64,000 nucleotides of DNA from NCBI GenBank assembly GCA_963674735.2, contig CAXXQS010000001.1, forward strand, positions 1,152,001-1,216,000, written 5' to 3'. The DNA is from Myxococcota bacterium. Its GTDB lineage: Bacteria; Myxococcota_A; SURF-8. Position 1 is the stretch's first letter. Every line of letters begins with the position of its first letter. The notes under the pieces are model-generated. The model was not told the origin of the DNA. It did not search any database and saw nothing but the letters and a program-made list of their open reading frames with translations. The position numbers were made by a program, and so were the translations under genes. Shown here in pieces: positions 49,180 to 59,933 of this stretch.

Positions 49180-49474
49180 CCCATAAGTGATGGAAAATAG
49201 AACAGAATCAGGGCTGTGAGTGTTCCGTTTCCGAGAGGACGGACGGTGCTCGACTCTGTTTGCATGTTGCCGGGAAGGTCTTCTTCCCGGCTTTTTCATC
49301 TGTAGCTGCTTCTCAAATAAAATATCTTCGGATTATCGGATTGTGTTTGTGTGTTTTGACTGGCATAATGTCCCCGGGAAAAGGTAGTAAAACAATTTGT
49401 ATCATCGTTTCGCATGTTAGGGTGATTGTATGTAGGCAATCATCTTTTTGTGCGGCTGCTTTTCGAGGGCTAAC

Positions 49475-52327
49475 GTGGCGAACGTCTTGGTTGTCGATGA
49501 TGAGCGAGGAATGCGCACAACTCTGCAGCGTTTTCTTCAAAACGACGGACATGAAACGCAAACCGCTGAGGATGCCGTTCAAGCGTTGAAGTTGATGGAT
49601 GAAACCGTTTTTGACGTGGTGGTTTCCGATATTATTCTTCCGAAAATCAGCGGTGTTCAACTCTTGCAGATGATTCGGGAGCGAGGGGAGAACGTCAAGG
49701 TTCTGTTAATTACCGGAGAGCCCACCACCGGAACGGCCGTCGAAGCCGTCCGCGCCGGGGCGTTCGATTATCTGGCAAAACCGGTTTCGGGACGTGATAT
49801 ATGCCGGGTGGTCAATGCCGCTTCCAAGATCAAGCAACTCGAAGATCAAAACGAAAACTACCAGAAACATCTTGAGAAACTGGTGGAGGAACGAACTCAG
49901 CAGATTCGCCGATATTCCGAGCGGTTGACGCATATCGCGATGGATACCAAATTGTTTGGGATCAGCAAGACGGTCGATCATCTGGCAGAACGGGTGATGA
50001 CGCTTCTATCTGAAAACGTGGGGACAAAAGGAGGAGGCCTGTTTCTGAAGGAGGGGAATTGCCTGCGTCTCGTATACGCTATCGATGCGGGGCATCAGAA
50101 AAATGTCATTCCCTATCCGCCACCCGCACAGACGATTCTGCATCATGTTTGTGAAGAGGGCAAAACCCTGATCTACGACGACATCGACCAACTTGAAGAC
50201 GTCTGTCCTTCCGGGTGGTCCGGGTATCGGAACGGATCCGCCATGGCCATTCCACTGGTCGATTCCCGAAAAGACTTTTGTGGGGTGGTGACGTTACACA
50301 ATAAAATCGATCCTCCCTTCACGGCTCAGGATGCCGAACTGGGAGATATCATCATTTCTCACAGTATCGAAGCAATCAAAGTGATCAAGTTGAACCATTC
50401 GTTGAAAATTTCGGAAGATAAATACCGAAAAATCAGCGATGAAAGCCTAACCGGCATATTTATCCAAAAAGACTCGAAAGTCGTATATGTCAATCCCAGG
50501 TTGGGATATATGCTGGAGTGTGCTCCGGAGGAAATACCCAGCCTGATTGGAACGTCATTTCTCGATTTTATTTATGAAAGCGATCGTGCACTTGTCGAGA
50601 AACGTTCACGTGAACGCCTTGCTGGATTGGCTGTCCCGGCCAATTACGAAATTCGTATGCGCAGCCGTTCCGGTCGCAAAATCTGGTGCGAACTTCTGGC
50701 CTCCGTTATCGAGCACGAGGGACAACCGGCCATCATGGGGCATTTGATCGACATAACGGATCGGAAAGAGACGGAAGACGCGCTGATCCGAAGCAAGGAA
50801 CGTTATCGTTCCTTGATAGAGAACGCCCCGTTGGGCATTATCTCTGCCGATTTTAATGGAAACATTCTGAGTATCAATCCCGCCCTGCTGCAGATTTTGG
50901 GAAGCCCGTCGAGAGAGGCCGCGAGTCAGATCAATATGCTTACGTTCCCGAATCTGGTGGAGTCGGGTGTTTCGGCCGATATCCGTAAATGTCTGGATAC
51001 CGGTCTCTCTTTCGTTTCGGAGCATGGCTATCGATCTAAATGGGGGAAAGAATCCTGCTTGCGTTACCACATCCGGGCACAGCACGATAGCGTTGGAAAC
51101 ATCAGCGGTGTCTTGGCCATGGTTGAGGATATCTCCGATGCGGTTGCGGCGGAAGAAGAACGCAAAAAGCTGACGGCCCAGTTACAGCAGGCCCAGAAAA
51201 TGGAGGCCATCGGACGTTTGGCGGGTGGAATCGCGCATGATTTCAATAACCTGCTGACTGGCATCACCGGAAATGTGTCGCTCGCTATGTTGGATCTCGC
51301 TACTGAAGATCCCATGCAGGAGGCGCTGGATGAAATTCAGGAAGCCGCTTCGAATGCGGCCGGGTTGACACGCCAGTTACTCGCTTTTTCGCGCAAGCAG
51401 ATTATGGAAATGAAAAGCGTCAATCTGAACGACCTGGTACAAAACCTGTTTCGTATGATGCAGCGCTTGATCGGTGAACATATTGAAATTCGAATGGAAC
51501 TGGTTGACGATATCCCGAGTATTAAAGCGGATCCGGTGCAGATCGAACAGATCATCATCAACCTTGCCGTTAACGCACGCGATGCCATGCCTGAGGGCGG
51601 GAAACTGTTATTCAAAACCGAAGTGGAAACCATTGTTGATTCCAGCGAAAGCGAAGATGAGCGCAATCAGTTAACCCCAGGGTGCTATGTGGTTTTCAGT
51701 GTGACGGATACGGGTTGCGGTATCGATCTGAATCTACAGCCTCATATTTTTGAGCCGTTTTTCACGACCAAAGAGAAGGGCGAGGGAACCGGGCTTGGGC
51801 TTTCGACGGTATACGGGATTGTGAAGCAGCATAACGGTGCGGTTCGCCTGAAATCTGATTTAGGTGAAGGCTCTTCCTTTCGTATTTATATTCCCGCCAC
51901 GGAAGGAAAAACGGAACACAAGGCAAGTGCGAACAAACCCGAGAATATGCCGCACGGCAATGAAACCATTCTCATGGTTGAAGACGAACGTGTCGTGCGA
52001 GATATGACTCAGAAACTACTGACACGCATGGGGTACGACGTTCACTCCGCAAGCAATGGTTTGGATGCGCTGGCTCTGATCAAAAAAAATTCCCATGTAT
52101 TTGACCTGCTCCTAACCGATGTGGTGATGCCGGAAATGAACGGACGTGAGTTGGCGGAAAAAGCACGGGAATTGATCCCCGATGTGAAGGTCATATTCAC
52201 TTCCGGATACACCGACGACATGATTCTGCAGCACAAGGTTTTTGAAGAATCGGTTGACTTCATCGGCAAGCCTTACTCCCCTCTCGAAATGACGCGAAAA
52301 ATCCGCTCGGTATTAGACCGTAAATAA
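49475..52327 (+). CDS. Hybrid sensor kinase REC-GAF-PAS-PAS-HisKA-HATPase-REC
   Basis: LVVDDE; AGGIAHDFNNLL; NARDAM; GTGLGLS; LLTDVVMP. Confidence 0.93.
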   Translation: MANVLVVDDERGMRTTLQRFLQNDGHETQTAEDAVQALKLMDETVFDVVVSDIILPKISGVQLLQMIRERGENVKVLLITGEPTTGTAVEAVRAGAFDYLAKPVSGRDICRVVNAASKIKQLEDQNENYQKHLEKLVEERTQQIRRYSERLTHIAMDTKLFGISKTVDHLAERVMTLLSENVGTKGGGLFLKEGNCLRLVYAIDAGHQKNVIPYPPPAQTILHHVCEEGKTLIYDDIDQLEDVCPSGWSGYRNGSAMAIPLVDSRKDFCGVVTLHNKIDPPFTAQDAELGDIIISHSIEAIKVIKLNHSLKISEDKYRKISDESLTGIFIQKDSKVVYVNPRLGYMLECAPEEIPSLIGTSFLDFIYESDRALVEKRSRERLAGLAVPANYEIRMRSRSGRKIWCELLASVIEHEGQPAIMGHLIDITDRKETEDALIRSKERYRSLIENAPLGIISADFNGNILSINPALLQILGSPSREAASQINMLTFPNLVESGVSADIRKCLDTGLSFVSEHGYRSKWGKESCLRYHIRAQHDSVGNISGVLAMVEDISDAVAAEEERKKLTAQLQQAQKMEAIGRLAGGIAHDFNNLLTGITGNVSLAMLDLATEDPMQEALDEIQEAASNAAGLTRQLLAFSRKQIMEMKSVNLNDLVQNLFRMMQRLIGEHIEIRMELVDDIPSIKADPVQIEQIIINLAVNARDAMPEGGKLLFKTEVETIVDSSESEDERNQLTPGCYVVFSVTDTGCGIDLNLQPHIFEPFFTTKEKGEGTGLGLSTVYGIVKQHNGAVRLKSDLGEGSSFRIYIPATEGKTEHKASANKPENMPHGNETILMVEDERVVRDMTQKLLTRMGYDVHSASNGLDALALIKKNSHVFDLLLTDVVMPEMNGRELAEKARELIPDVKVIFTSGYTDDMILQHKVFEESVDFIGKPYSPLEMTRKIRSVLDRK

Positions 52328-52416
52328 ACGACGAAAAACCTTGCCATCAGGGCATAGGCGCGTTTCAATAGTCGGCCGTCACCGCATCGGTAACGGAAAC
52401 CGGACAGGTAGGTTCA

Positions 52417-53346
52417 ATGATAGAGTTTGAAAATCGTTTGAGCAAACGCTGGCGACATCTGAAAAAATGGGCGCGACGTACACATGCCGAGGCTTTTCGC
52501 GTATATGATCGGGATATCCCGGGCTTTCCTTTCTTTGTGGATTGCTATGGTGATGCCGCCGTCGTGCAGATTTGGGCTCGTTCCTCTGAAACGGAAGAGA
52601 AGGAACGCATTTCCGAAGATGAGGTGGTGGCAGTTGTGGCGCGTGTGATGGAAATTTCTCCGCAACACGTCTTTTTAAAAACGCGCCAACGTCAGAAGGG
52701 GGCGAGTCAGTACGAACGTTTGGCCCGGCAAAGTGTGGAGCGCTGCGTTAAAGAGGGCGATCTGCAATTTATCGTCAATCTTTCGGATTATGTCGATACG
52801 GGCCTGTTTTTGGACCATCGTCCGACCCGCCGGATCGTTCGTGATATGGCGGCCGATTTGCGTATTCTAAATACATTCGCGTACACCGGCTCGTTTTCCG
52901 TTGCGGCGCTGGCCGGAGGAGCCAAGCAGGTTACCACCCTGGATATGTCGAATACATACCTGAACTGGACTCTGCGAAATCTGCAATTAAATCAGCTCGA
53001 TGAAGCACGGCACCGGTTTGTGCGAGAAGATGCCATGGTATGGCTTGGAAAACAAAAGCAATCTGCCGATTACGATTTGATCATTCTCGATCCGCCGTCG
53101 TTTTCCAACTCGAAACGCATGCGCGAAAGTTTCGATATTCAGCGCGATCACGCCGAGCTGATCCGACGGACGCTACGGCTGCTGAGACCGGGAGGAAAAT
53201 TGTTGTTTTCGGCCAACCGGCGACGTTTTCGCCTGGACCCCATGCTTGCGGAAATCGCCAACATAACCGATATTACCAAGCAAACGACTCCCGAAGACTT
53301 CAAACGGCGTCCGCCGCATGTGGCCTGGTGGATCGAAATCGCTTGA
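52417..53346 (+). CDS. SAM-dependent rRNA methyltransferase, RlmK-like (C half of RlmKL)
   Basis: FENRL.K, YDRDIP, DTGLFLDHR, FAYTGSFSV, LDPPSFSNSKRM. Confidence 0.88.
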   Translation: MIEFENRLSKRWRHLKKWARRTHAEAFRVYDRDIPGFPFFVDCYGDAAVVQIWARSSETEEKERISEDEVVAVVARVMEISPQHVFLKTRQRQKGASQYERLARQSVERCVKEGDLQFIVNLSDYVDTGLFLDHRPTRRIVRDMAADLRILNTFAYTGSFSVAALAGGAKQVTTLDMSNTYLNWTLRNLQLNQLDEARHRFVREDAMVWLGKQKQSADYDLIILDPPSFSNSKRMRESFDIQRDHAELIRRTLRLLRPGGKLLFSANRRRFRLDPMLAEIANITDITKQTTPEDFKRRPPHVAWWIEIA

Positions 53347-53648
53347 GGCACATTTCTTCTGGCAACGGCACCGAGAGGAATTCTGAGAAATGTGTGAGGA
53401 AAGATTAGAAGCCGATATGTGGTTCCAATGTTAAATATTCTTAATCGGTCATGGTGTTGCTCGTGAAATATCGCTAACCAAGTGAGAACTTACATCAAAG
53501 AAAAATAAAAAATTACAAAAACACGCTTGACTTGTTGCTATCTATTTGGTAGCTTGCCTTAAATTATCGTCAATGTGTGGGGCGCAACTTTCTTGTCTTT
53601 CTTGTGTTTCGAGTAAGTAATAGATACACGGGTTGATGGAGGGATGTA

Positions 53649-54017
53649 ATGACCGTCGCCGCAATTGTTGTTGACAATTCAATTCCGGTTGTCGGCTTCA
53701 CTGAGAAAGCCCTGAAACGTTTGGGTTATCAGGTTTCGGCCGCCAACGACGGAGAAGAAGCGGTCATGCTCTGCGAGGAGCATCGTAATCGCTTCCAATT
53801 GGTTGTGGCCGATGTGTTTCGTTCGGGGCGCGACCATCGGGCCATGATCGCGCGCATGCGACATACGCAGCCGGGGATGAAGGTTCTTTATACCTCGGGA
53901 GTTTCGGCGGATGTCTTGCATGAATATGGAGTGAGTCTAGGGGAGGACGAGCTTCTGGAAAAGCCGTTCACGTTGCAAGACCTAAATCAGAAGTTGTCCA
54001 AAATTCACAATAGCTGA
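53649..54017 (+). CDS. Single-domain response regulator
   Basis: LVVADV, YTSG, EKPF receiver motifs. Confidence 0.8.
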   Translation: MTVAAIVVDNSIPVVGFTEKALKRLGYQVSAANDGEEAVMLCEEHRNRFQLVVADVFRSGRDHRAMIARMRHTQPGMKVLYTSGVSADVLHEYGVSLGEDELLEKPFTLQDLNQKLSKIHNS

Positions 54018-54100
54018 TTTCTTTCCCCGGATTGCAGATCGAACGAATCTATACCTTGCCCCGTAGTAGGGAAGGCCTGGATAAGAGTCAATAACCGAGG

Positions 54101-54442
54101 TCAGTTAAATCGAATGCGGGCGTGCTCTTCGCACAGGCTGCGAACCTCCAGCGCCCGCACCTGCTTCCAACGTCGTTCGTCCATATAGCAGTAAAAAGCG
54201 GCCGTGTACCCCGGTCGAATCACGGTTGTTCCAACCGGGGTAATCCCATCAAGCCGCTCGTTGCCCGCCTCTGTTTCAAGCTGAAATCCGCCGTCGATTT
54301 TCAGATCGCGATCCGTGTGGTTGGTCAGACGGATTTCCAGGTTTTGATCCATCATTTTCAGGCCGCAGCAGGTCTTGAACGCCAGGACGTCTTCGACATC
54401 GGAATTCATCTGCACCTGGATAACCAGGGATTTCTCACCCAT
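54101..54442 (-). CDS. Hypothetical protein, last gene of the thiolase operon
   Basis: Start overlaps the thiolase stop; FKTCCG and AFYC.MDE motifs. Confidence 0.65.
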   Translation of the reverse strand: MGEKSLVIQVQMNSDVEDVLAFKTCCGLKMMDQNLEIRLTNHTDRDLKIDGGFQLETEAGNERLDGITPVGTTVIRPGYTAAFYCYMDERRWKQVRALEVRSLCEEHARIRFN

Positions 54443-55646
54443 CGTATTGGCCGATGATCGAAATGCTGCAGACGTTCATGAATGGAAATCCGCCCAGGTT
54501 GTGGGTCAATCCGTAACGCGGATTTTCGAGCTGACGTTCTCCGGCGCGTCCCTGGAACTGCAGATACATCTCGTAGATCATGCGCAGCCCCGAGGCTCCG
54601 ATGGGATGGCCGAAACATTTCAAACCGCCATCCACCTGGCAGGGAACACCGCCTCCGCGTAAATCGTAAAAGCCATCCATGATGTCGTTTACAGCGTGCC
54701 CGCGTTCGGAAATATGCAGGTCTTCATAGGTAACCAACTCGGTGATGGAGAAGCAATCGTGCAGTTCCATCATGCTGATTTCACGGCGCGGATCGGTGAT
54801 GCCGGCTTCTTTGTAGGCGCGCTCGCTGCATTTGTCGGTGGTCATGAAGTGCGAGCCGTCCCACTCGTTGTAACCCATTTCCTCACCGTTTGAGAGTGCC
54901 AGCTGCAAGGCTTTGACCGTAATCGGGTTTTTGATCCCCATTTCGCGTGCTTTTTCGACGGTGGTGACGATGGCGCAGGCCGAGCCGTCGCTGACCCCAC
55001 AGCAGTCGAACAATCCCAGCGGGTGGGCAATGATGGGAGCAGCCATGACTTGTTCTTCGGTGACGGCTTTGCGCAGATGCGCTTTCGGATTCAGAACGCC
55101 GTTGGCATGGCTTTTCGCCGAAATGTGGGCCATGGCGCGTTTGATGTCCTGATCTTTGACTTTGTGCTTGGCCGAGTAAGCCGAGGCCAACTGAGCGAAG
55201 GCTCCAGGGGCCGAAAGATTGGGATACCACAGCCAGTTGAGCGAGCCCGCGCCCGATCCCGGATTGGGCAGGCCGCCGTATCCGGTGTCCTTCAATTTCT
55301 CTACACCAAGCGCCAAGGCGACATCGTAAGCACCTGATGCTACCGCGTAAACCGCACCGCGAAAAGCTTCGGTGCCGCTGGCGCAATAGTTTTCAAGCCG
55401 TGTACCAGCGATGAATGGCAGGCGCAACGCGCGTGAAAAACCCAGCGCGCTTTTCCCGATGCTGATCTCTTCCATACAGACGCTGAACCATCCCGCTTCG
55501 ATGTCGTCGCGGTCAATCTTGGCGTCTTCCAAAGCTTCGACAAAAGCTTCCACCATCAGATTTTCCGGCCCGGCATCCCATCGCTCGCCGAAACGTGTGC
55601 AGCCCATACCGATGATCGCCACCTTGTCTCGAATTCCCGTGGCCAT
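54435..55646 (-). CDS. Thiolase, SCP-x/acetyl-CoA acetyltransferase type
   Basis: ENYCASG, CGVSDG, ELHDCFS, GGLKCFGHPIGASG, HNLGG; AGGAGG RBS before ATG 55646. Confidence 0.93.
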   Translation of the reverse strand: MATGIRDKVAIIGMGCTRFGERWDAGPENLMVEAFVEALEDAKIDRDDIEAGWFSVCMEEISIGKSALGFSRALRLPFIAGTRLENYCASGTEAFRGAVYAVASGAYDVALALGVEKLKDTGYGGLPNPGSGAGSLNWLWYPNLSAPGAFAQLASAYSAKHKVKDQDIKRAMAHISAKSHANGVLNPKAHLRKAVTEEQVMAAPIIAHPLGLFDCCGVSDGSACAIVTTVEKAREMGIKNPITVKALQLALSNGEEMGYNEWDGSHFMTTDKCSERAYKEAGITDPRREISMMELHDCFSITELVTYEDLHISERGHAVNDIMDGFYDLRGGGVPCQVDGGLKCFGHPIGASGLRMIYEMYLQFQGRAGERQLENPRYGLTHNLGGFPFMNVCSISIIGQYDG

Positions 55647-55651
55647 TGTTT

Positions 55652-58600
55652 TCCTCCTTAGAATTTGAAGAGTTTGGCGATGAGTTGGGATTTCATGAGG
55701 TCGCCTGCGATTTTGAGTTTTCCTGACGTGTAGGCGGTCATGGGATTTAGTTTTCCGGCGGTCATATCGAGGAAGTCCTGTGCGCTCATGGCCAGGGTGG
55801 TGGTGGGGTTGGGGTGTTTTCCTTTTTCGACGGTGAGGGTCTGGTCTTTGACGGCGACGAACCATTGTCCGCCGTTGTCGCCTGCGAGATCGTACTGGAA
55901 GACGGCGTCGATACCGGCGGCTTTGTCTTTTTGGAAGACGTTCGGCATTTGGGCGAAGATATCGGCGGCGGAGGCCGCGTCGGCGTTTTTAGCGGTCTGC
56001 GGGGCGTCGCCGGTGGAGGCAGCCATCATGGGGGCCATAGCGGCGGTCAAGTTCGGGTATTCTTCGGCGTTCTCCATGGTGGCGATGCGGCTGTACTGGT
56101 CGCGCACCTGTTCGGGTGTAGGGGCGGTATCCGCCGTTCCGAGCATGGCTCCCGGTCCGGTGACGATGGCGGAGCGGGAGAAGTATCCGCCGCCGGCGTT
56201 GAGGATTTCACCGGAATGGCTGCAGTCCTCCGAGCAGAAGTACAAAACTGCCGGGGCGACGTTCTCCGGCTCGAGCCGGGCCAGCAGGTCGGGCGGCAGA
56301 AGGCCTTCGGTCAGGCGCGTGGCGGCGATGGGGGCGACGGTGTTGATGTGGATGTCGTAGCGCGCGCCTTCCTGTTTGAGGGTATTCATGAAGCCGATGA
56401 GGCCCATTTTGGCGGCGCTGTAGTTGGCCTGGCCGAAGTTTCCGAAGAGTCCGGCGGCGCTGGTGGTAAGCACGATGCGGCCGTATTTCTGTTCTCGCAT
56501 GTGGGCGAAGGCGGGCTGGGTGACGTAATAGGCGGCGTCGAGATGGACGCCCAGAACGGCTTTCCAGTCGCTTTCGGCCATTTTCATGAAGGATTTGTCG
56601 CGCAGGATTCCGGCGTTGTTGATGAGGATATCGAGGCGTCCGAAGGCGTCGATGGCGGCTTTGACGATGGCTTCGCCGCCTTCTTTGCTTGCAACGGAGT
56701 CGTAGTTGGCGACGGCCTGTCCGTCGAAGGCGCGGATTTCCTCGACGACCTTGTCGGCGGCGCGGCTGGAGGTGCCTGAGCCGTCGGCGGCACCGCCCAG
56801 ATCGTTGACCACCACCTTCGCGCCGCGTCGCGCCAGCTCAAGCGCATACGCGCGCCCCAAGCCCGCCCCGGCCCCCGTCACCACCGCCACACGGTCGGTG
56901 AAGTCCTGGTCCGGGCCGACTTGCAGCGCGGCCTGCGCTGCGTCGATCGGGGAGGCTTTCCAGAAATACCCGGTAAACCCGCGTTCCGAATCGGTGTAAC
57001 GTTTGCGGAATACCATTTCGACCGGCTGACCGACGAATACATCATCCACCTTGCAATCGGTGAAATCGGCCATGAGACGCCCCCCTTGAGGGAACTCTAC
57101 CATTCCGTAGACGCTCGGCGGATCGACCGAGACGGCCAGCAGATCGCCGGTGAAGCTTTTGACACGGGCGGGAGCGTCGGCGAACTCGCAGTCATCTTGA
57201 GTGTATACCGCGTTGCAAGACGGATTGACGCAGATGTCCATCTTGGGGAACTGGCGTGTTCCGCATTCACGACAGACTCCGCCCACAAAGCCGAGCAGCA
57301 TTTTCCGTTCACGCCATAAAGTCGACATGGCGGTTTGCGTGGGAGCTTCGGCACGAATGCCCATTTCGGTTTGAATCATGTCTCGGAATTTGAGGAATTT
57401 CTGGTAGTTGTCGCATTCTTCTTTTCGTTCGAGCGACCCGCGAATGCCCATGCGAGGTGCCAGTCGTTTAATCGCGTCGGTGGCGCGGAAGAGCAGGGCA
57501 TCGGCTCCCTGGCCGAAACCGACCAGTAGCACCGTCTCGCCAGGGCGCAGGTCGGGTAGAACCTGACCCAACATCACGAGCGGATGAGCCGCACCGGTTT
57601 CGCCGCAGACCTCATGCAGGTTGTCCTCCACACGATCCAGGTTGAAACCGATTTTCTTGGCGATTTTGCGGTGTTCGGCCTTAAAAAAACAGGGATAGAC
57701 CACGTGATCAATCTCAGCTGGGGCAATCGAAAGCTTTTTACACAGTCCTTCAACCGCTTGAGGGATGATTTTGCCGTAGCCTTCATCCCGCACCCAGCGT
57801 TCTTCCCACATGTAGTCGATGTCTTTTTTCGTGCCGCGGTAGTGATCGACGAAATCATGCGCCACCGAAAAACTGCCAAGGTATTCGGCAATAACGTTTT
57901 CCGTTCCGACGGTCACGGCCGCCGCGCCGTCGCCGAACCATAACTCGTAGAAATAGGCTGACTTGGACATGCGGCGATCCGACGCCACAACCATCATATT
58001 ATTTCGTTCACCGGATTTCACGGCATCCAGTGCTCCAATGAGTGCGCTGGTGCCGCAACGCAAGGTCGTTCCGTGGTCCTGGGTGAGGATTTCATCTTTC
58101 AGATTGCAACAGGCCTTCACCATTCCTGCGCAACTACGGTCGCTGAAAGGCAGAGTGGTCGAGCACAAAAGCAAGCCGTCGATGGTTTGTTTGTCCATGC
58201 CGCGCAACGTGTCGCGCGCAGCCGCTACCGCCATGGTCAGGGCATCTTCGTCCCAATTGCAAAAGGAACGCTCGCCCTGGGCGACCATCACGATTGCGGG
58301 AGCGAACCAGCCCATATTCTGTACGACACTCATGCGGTTGAGACGCAGGCGCGGGATGTAGCCGCCGTAGGAGGTCAGTCCGATCATGTTCAAGTCCTCC
58401 TTAGAATTTGAAGAGTTTGGCGATGAGTTGGGATTTCATGAGGTCGCCTGCGATTTTGAGTTTTCCTGACGTGTAGGCGGTCATGGGATTTAGTTTTCCG
58501 GCGGTCATATCGAGGAAGTCCTGTGCGCTCATGGCCAGGGTGGTGGTGGGGTTGGGGTGTTTTCCTTTTTCGACGGTGAGGGTCTGGTCTTTGACGGCGA

Positions 58601-59646
58601 CGAACCATTGTCCGCCGTTGTCGCCTGCGAGATCGTACTGGAAGACGGCGTCGATACCGGCGGCTTTGTCTTTTTGGAAGACGTTCGGCATTTGGGCGAA
58701 GATATCGGCGGCGGAGGCCGCGTCGGCGTTTTTAGCGGTCTGCGGGGCGTCGCCGGTGGAGGCGGCCATCATGGGGGCCATGGCGGCGGTCAAGTTGGGG
58801 TATTCTTCGGCGTTCTCCATGGTGGCGATGCGGCTGTACTGGTCGCGCACCTGTTCGGGGGTGGGGGCGGTATCCGCCGTTCCGAGCATGGCTCCCGGTC
58901 CGGTGACGATGGCGGAGCGGGAGAAGTATCCGCCGCCGGCGTTGAGGATTTCGCCGGAATGGCTGCAGTCTTCCGAGCAGAAGTACAAAACCGCCGGGGC
59001 GACGTTCTCCGGTTCGAGTCGGGCCAGCAGGTCGGGCGGCAGAAGGCCTTCGGTCAGGCGCGTGGCGGCGATGGGGGCGACGGTGTTGATGTGGATGTCG
59101 TAGCGCGCGCCTTCCTGTTTGAGGGTATTCATGAAGCCGATGAGGCCCATTTTGGCAGCGCTGTAGTTGGCCTGGCCGAAGTTCCCGAAGAGTCCGGCGG
59201 CGCTGGTGGTAAGCACGATGCGGCCGTATTTCTGTTCTCGCATGTGGGCGAAGGCGGGCTGGGTGACGTAATAGGCGGCGTCGAGATGGACGCCCAGAAC
59301 GGCTTTCCAGTCGCTTTCGGTCATTTTCATGAAGGATTTGTCGCGCAGGATTCCGGCGTTGTTGATGAGGATATCGAGGCGTCCGAAGGCATCGATGGCG
59401 GCTTTGACGATGGCTTCGCCGCCTTCTTTGCTTGCAACGGAGTCGTAGTTGGCGACGGCCTGTCCGTCGAAGGCGCGGATTTCCTCGACGACCTTATCGG
59501 CGGCGCGGCTGGAGGTGCCCGAGCCGTCGGCGGCACCGCCCAGATCGTTGACCACCACCTTCGCGCCGCGTCGCGCCAGCTCAAGCGCATACGCGCGCCC
59601 CAAGCCCGCCCCGGCCCCCGTCACCACCGCCACACGGTCGGTGAAG
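55652..59646. repeat. 1252-bp near-identical direct repeat (55652-56903 and 58395-59646)
   Basis: Constant offset of 2743; scattered substitutions, nearly all synonymous. Confidence 0.95.
55658..58387 (-). CDS. Four-domain fusion: HMG-CoA-synthase-like + Zn-ribbon/OB (DUF35) + MFE-2-type SDR + SCP2
   Basis: GGYIPRLRL, DEDALTMAV, GDGAAA; CxxC...CxxxxC and YFWKA; TGAGAGLG, NNAGILRD, NYSAAK; AYTSGKLKIAGD. Confidence 0.9.
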   Translation of the reverse strand: MIGLTSYGGYIPRLRLNRMSVVQNMGWFAPAIVMVAQGERSFCNWDEDALTMAVAAARDTLRGMDKQTIDGLLLCSTTLPFSDRSCAGMVKACCNLKDEILTQDHGTTLRCGTSALIGALDAVKSGERNNMMVVASDRRMSKSAYFYELWFGDGAAAVTVGTENVIAEYLGSFSVAHDFVDHYRGTKKDIDYMWEERWVRDEGYGKIIPQAVEGLCKKLSIAPAEIDHVVYPCFFKAEHRKIAKKIGFNLDRVEDNLHEVCGETGAAHPLVMLGQVLPDLRPGETVLLVGFGQGADALLFRATDAIKRLAPRMGIRGSLERKEECDNYQKFLKFRDMIQTEMGIRAEAPTQTAMSTLWRERKMLLGFVGGVCRECGTRQFPKMDICVNPSCNAVYTQDDCEFADAPARVKSFTGDLLAVSVDPPSVYGMVEFPQGGRLMADFTDCKVDDVFVGQPVEMVFRKRYTDSERGFTGYFWKASPIDAAQAALQVGPDQDFTDRVAVVTGAGAGLGRAYALELARRGAKVVVNDLGGAADGSGTSSRAADKVVEEIRAFDGQAVANYDSVASKEGGEAIVKAAIDAFGRLDILINNAGILRDKSFMKMAESDWKAVLGVHLDAAYYVTQPAFAHMREQKYGRIVLTTSAAGLFGNFGQANYSAAKMGLIGFMNTLKQEGARYDIHINTVAPIAATRLTEGLLPPDLLARLEPENVAPAVLYFCSEDCSHSGEILNAGGGYFSRSAIVTGPGAMLGTADTAPTPEQVRDQYSRIATMENAEEYPNLTAAMAPMMAASTGDAPQTAKNADAASAADIFAQMPNVFQKDKAAGIDAVFQYDLAGDNGGQWFVAVKDQTLTVEKGKHPNPTTTLAMSAQDFLDMTAGKLNPMTAYTSGKLKIAGDLMKSQLIAKLFKF

Positions 59647-59687
59647 AGGATTTGACCTTTCGCATTCTCCGACGACAACGACGCCAT
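58401..59687 (-). CDS. MFE-2-type 3-hydroxyacyl-CoA dehydrogenase (SDR) + SCP2
   Basis: Nearly identical to the C-terminal 415 aa of the neighbouring fusion; AAGGAGG RBS before ATG 59687. Confidence 0.9.
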   Translation of the reverse strand: MASLSSENAKGQILFTDRVAVVTGAGAGLGRAYALELARRGAKVVVNDLGGAADGSGTSSRAADKVVEEIRAFDGQAVANYDSVASKEGGEAIVKAAIDAFGRLDILINNAGILRDKSFMKMTESDWKAVLGVHLDAAYYVTQPAFAHMREQKYGRIVLTTSAAGLFGNFGQANYSAAKMGLIGFMNTLKQEGARYDIHINTVAPIAATRLTEGLLPPDLLARLEPENVAPAVLYFCSEDCSHSGEILNAGGGYFSRSAIVTGPGAMLGTADTAPTPEQVRDQYSRIATMENAEEYPNLTAAMAPMMAASTGDAPQTAKNADAASAADIFAQMPNVFQKDKAAGIDAVFQYDLAGDNGGQWFVAVKDQTLTVEKGKHPNPTTTLAMSAQDFLDMTAGKLNPMTAYTSGKLKIAGDLMKSQLIAKLFKF

Positions 59688-59933
59688 GTCGACCTCCTTG
59701 AGTGTATGGATCGCAGAACAACCCCTGTAAGGAACATCCCCGGTCGAATCGGACGTGGAGCATGAACGCGCTTCCGAAAATGGAACGCCCGAGACATTAT
59801 TATATTTGGAAACTGACCGCATTGTAGTCATTGAGCGGATTCATGTCAACGATCGCCGAGAAATATTGACGATTCCTGCTTTCACGGCTAATCTTCAGCC
59901 TGAAATGAGTTGGTTTTCCAATGAGGTAAAGCG

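Noticed and set aside
55647-55865. N-terminal extension of the thiolase ORF and the similar ORF at 58390-58608
   Set aside because: Alternate frame of the duplicated SCP2 coding sequence; true starts follow AGGAGG at 55646 and 58387
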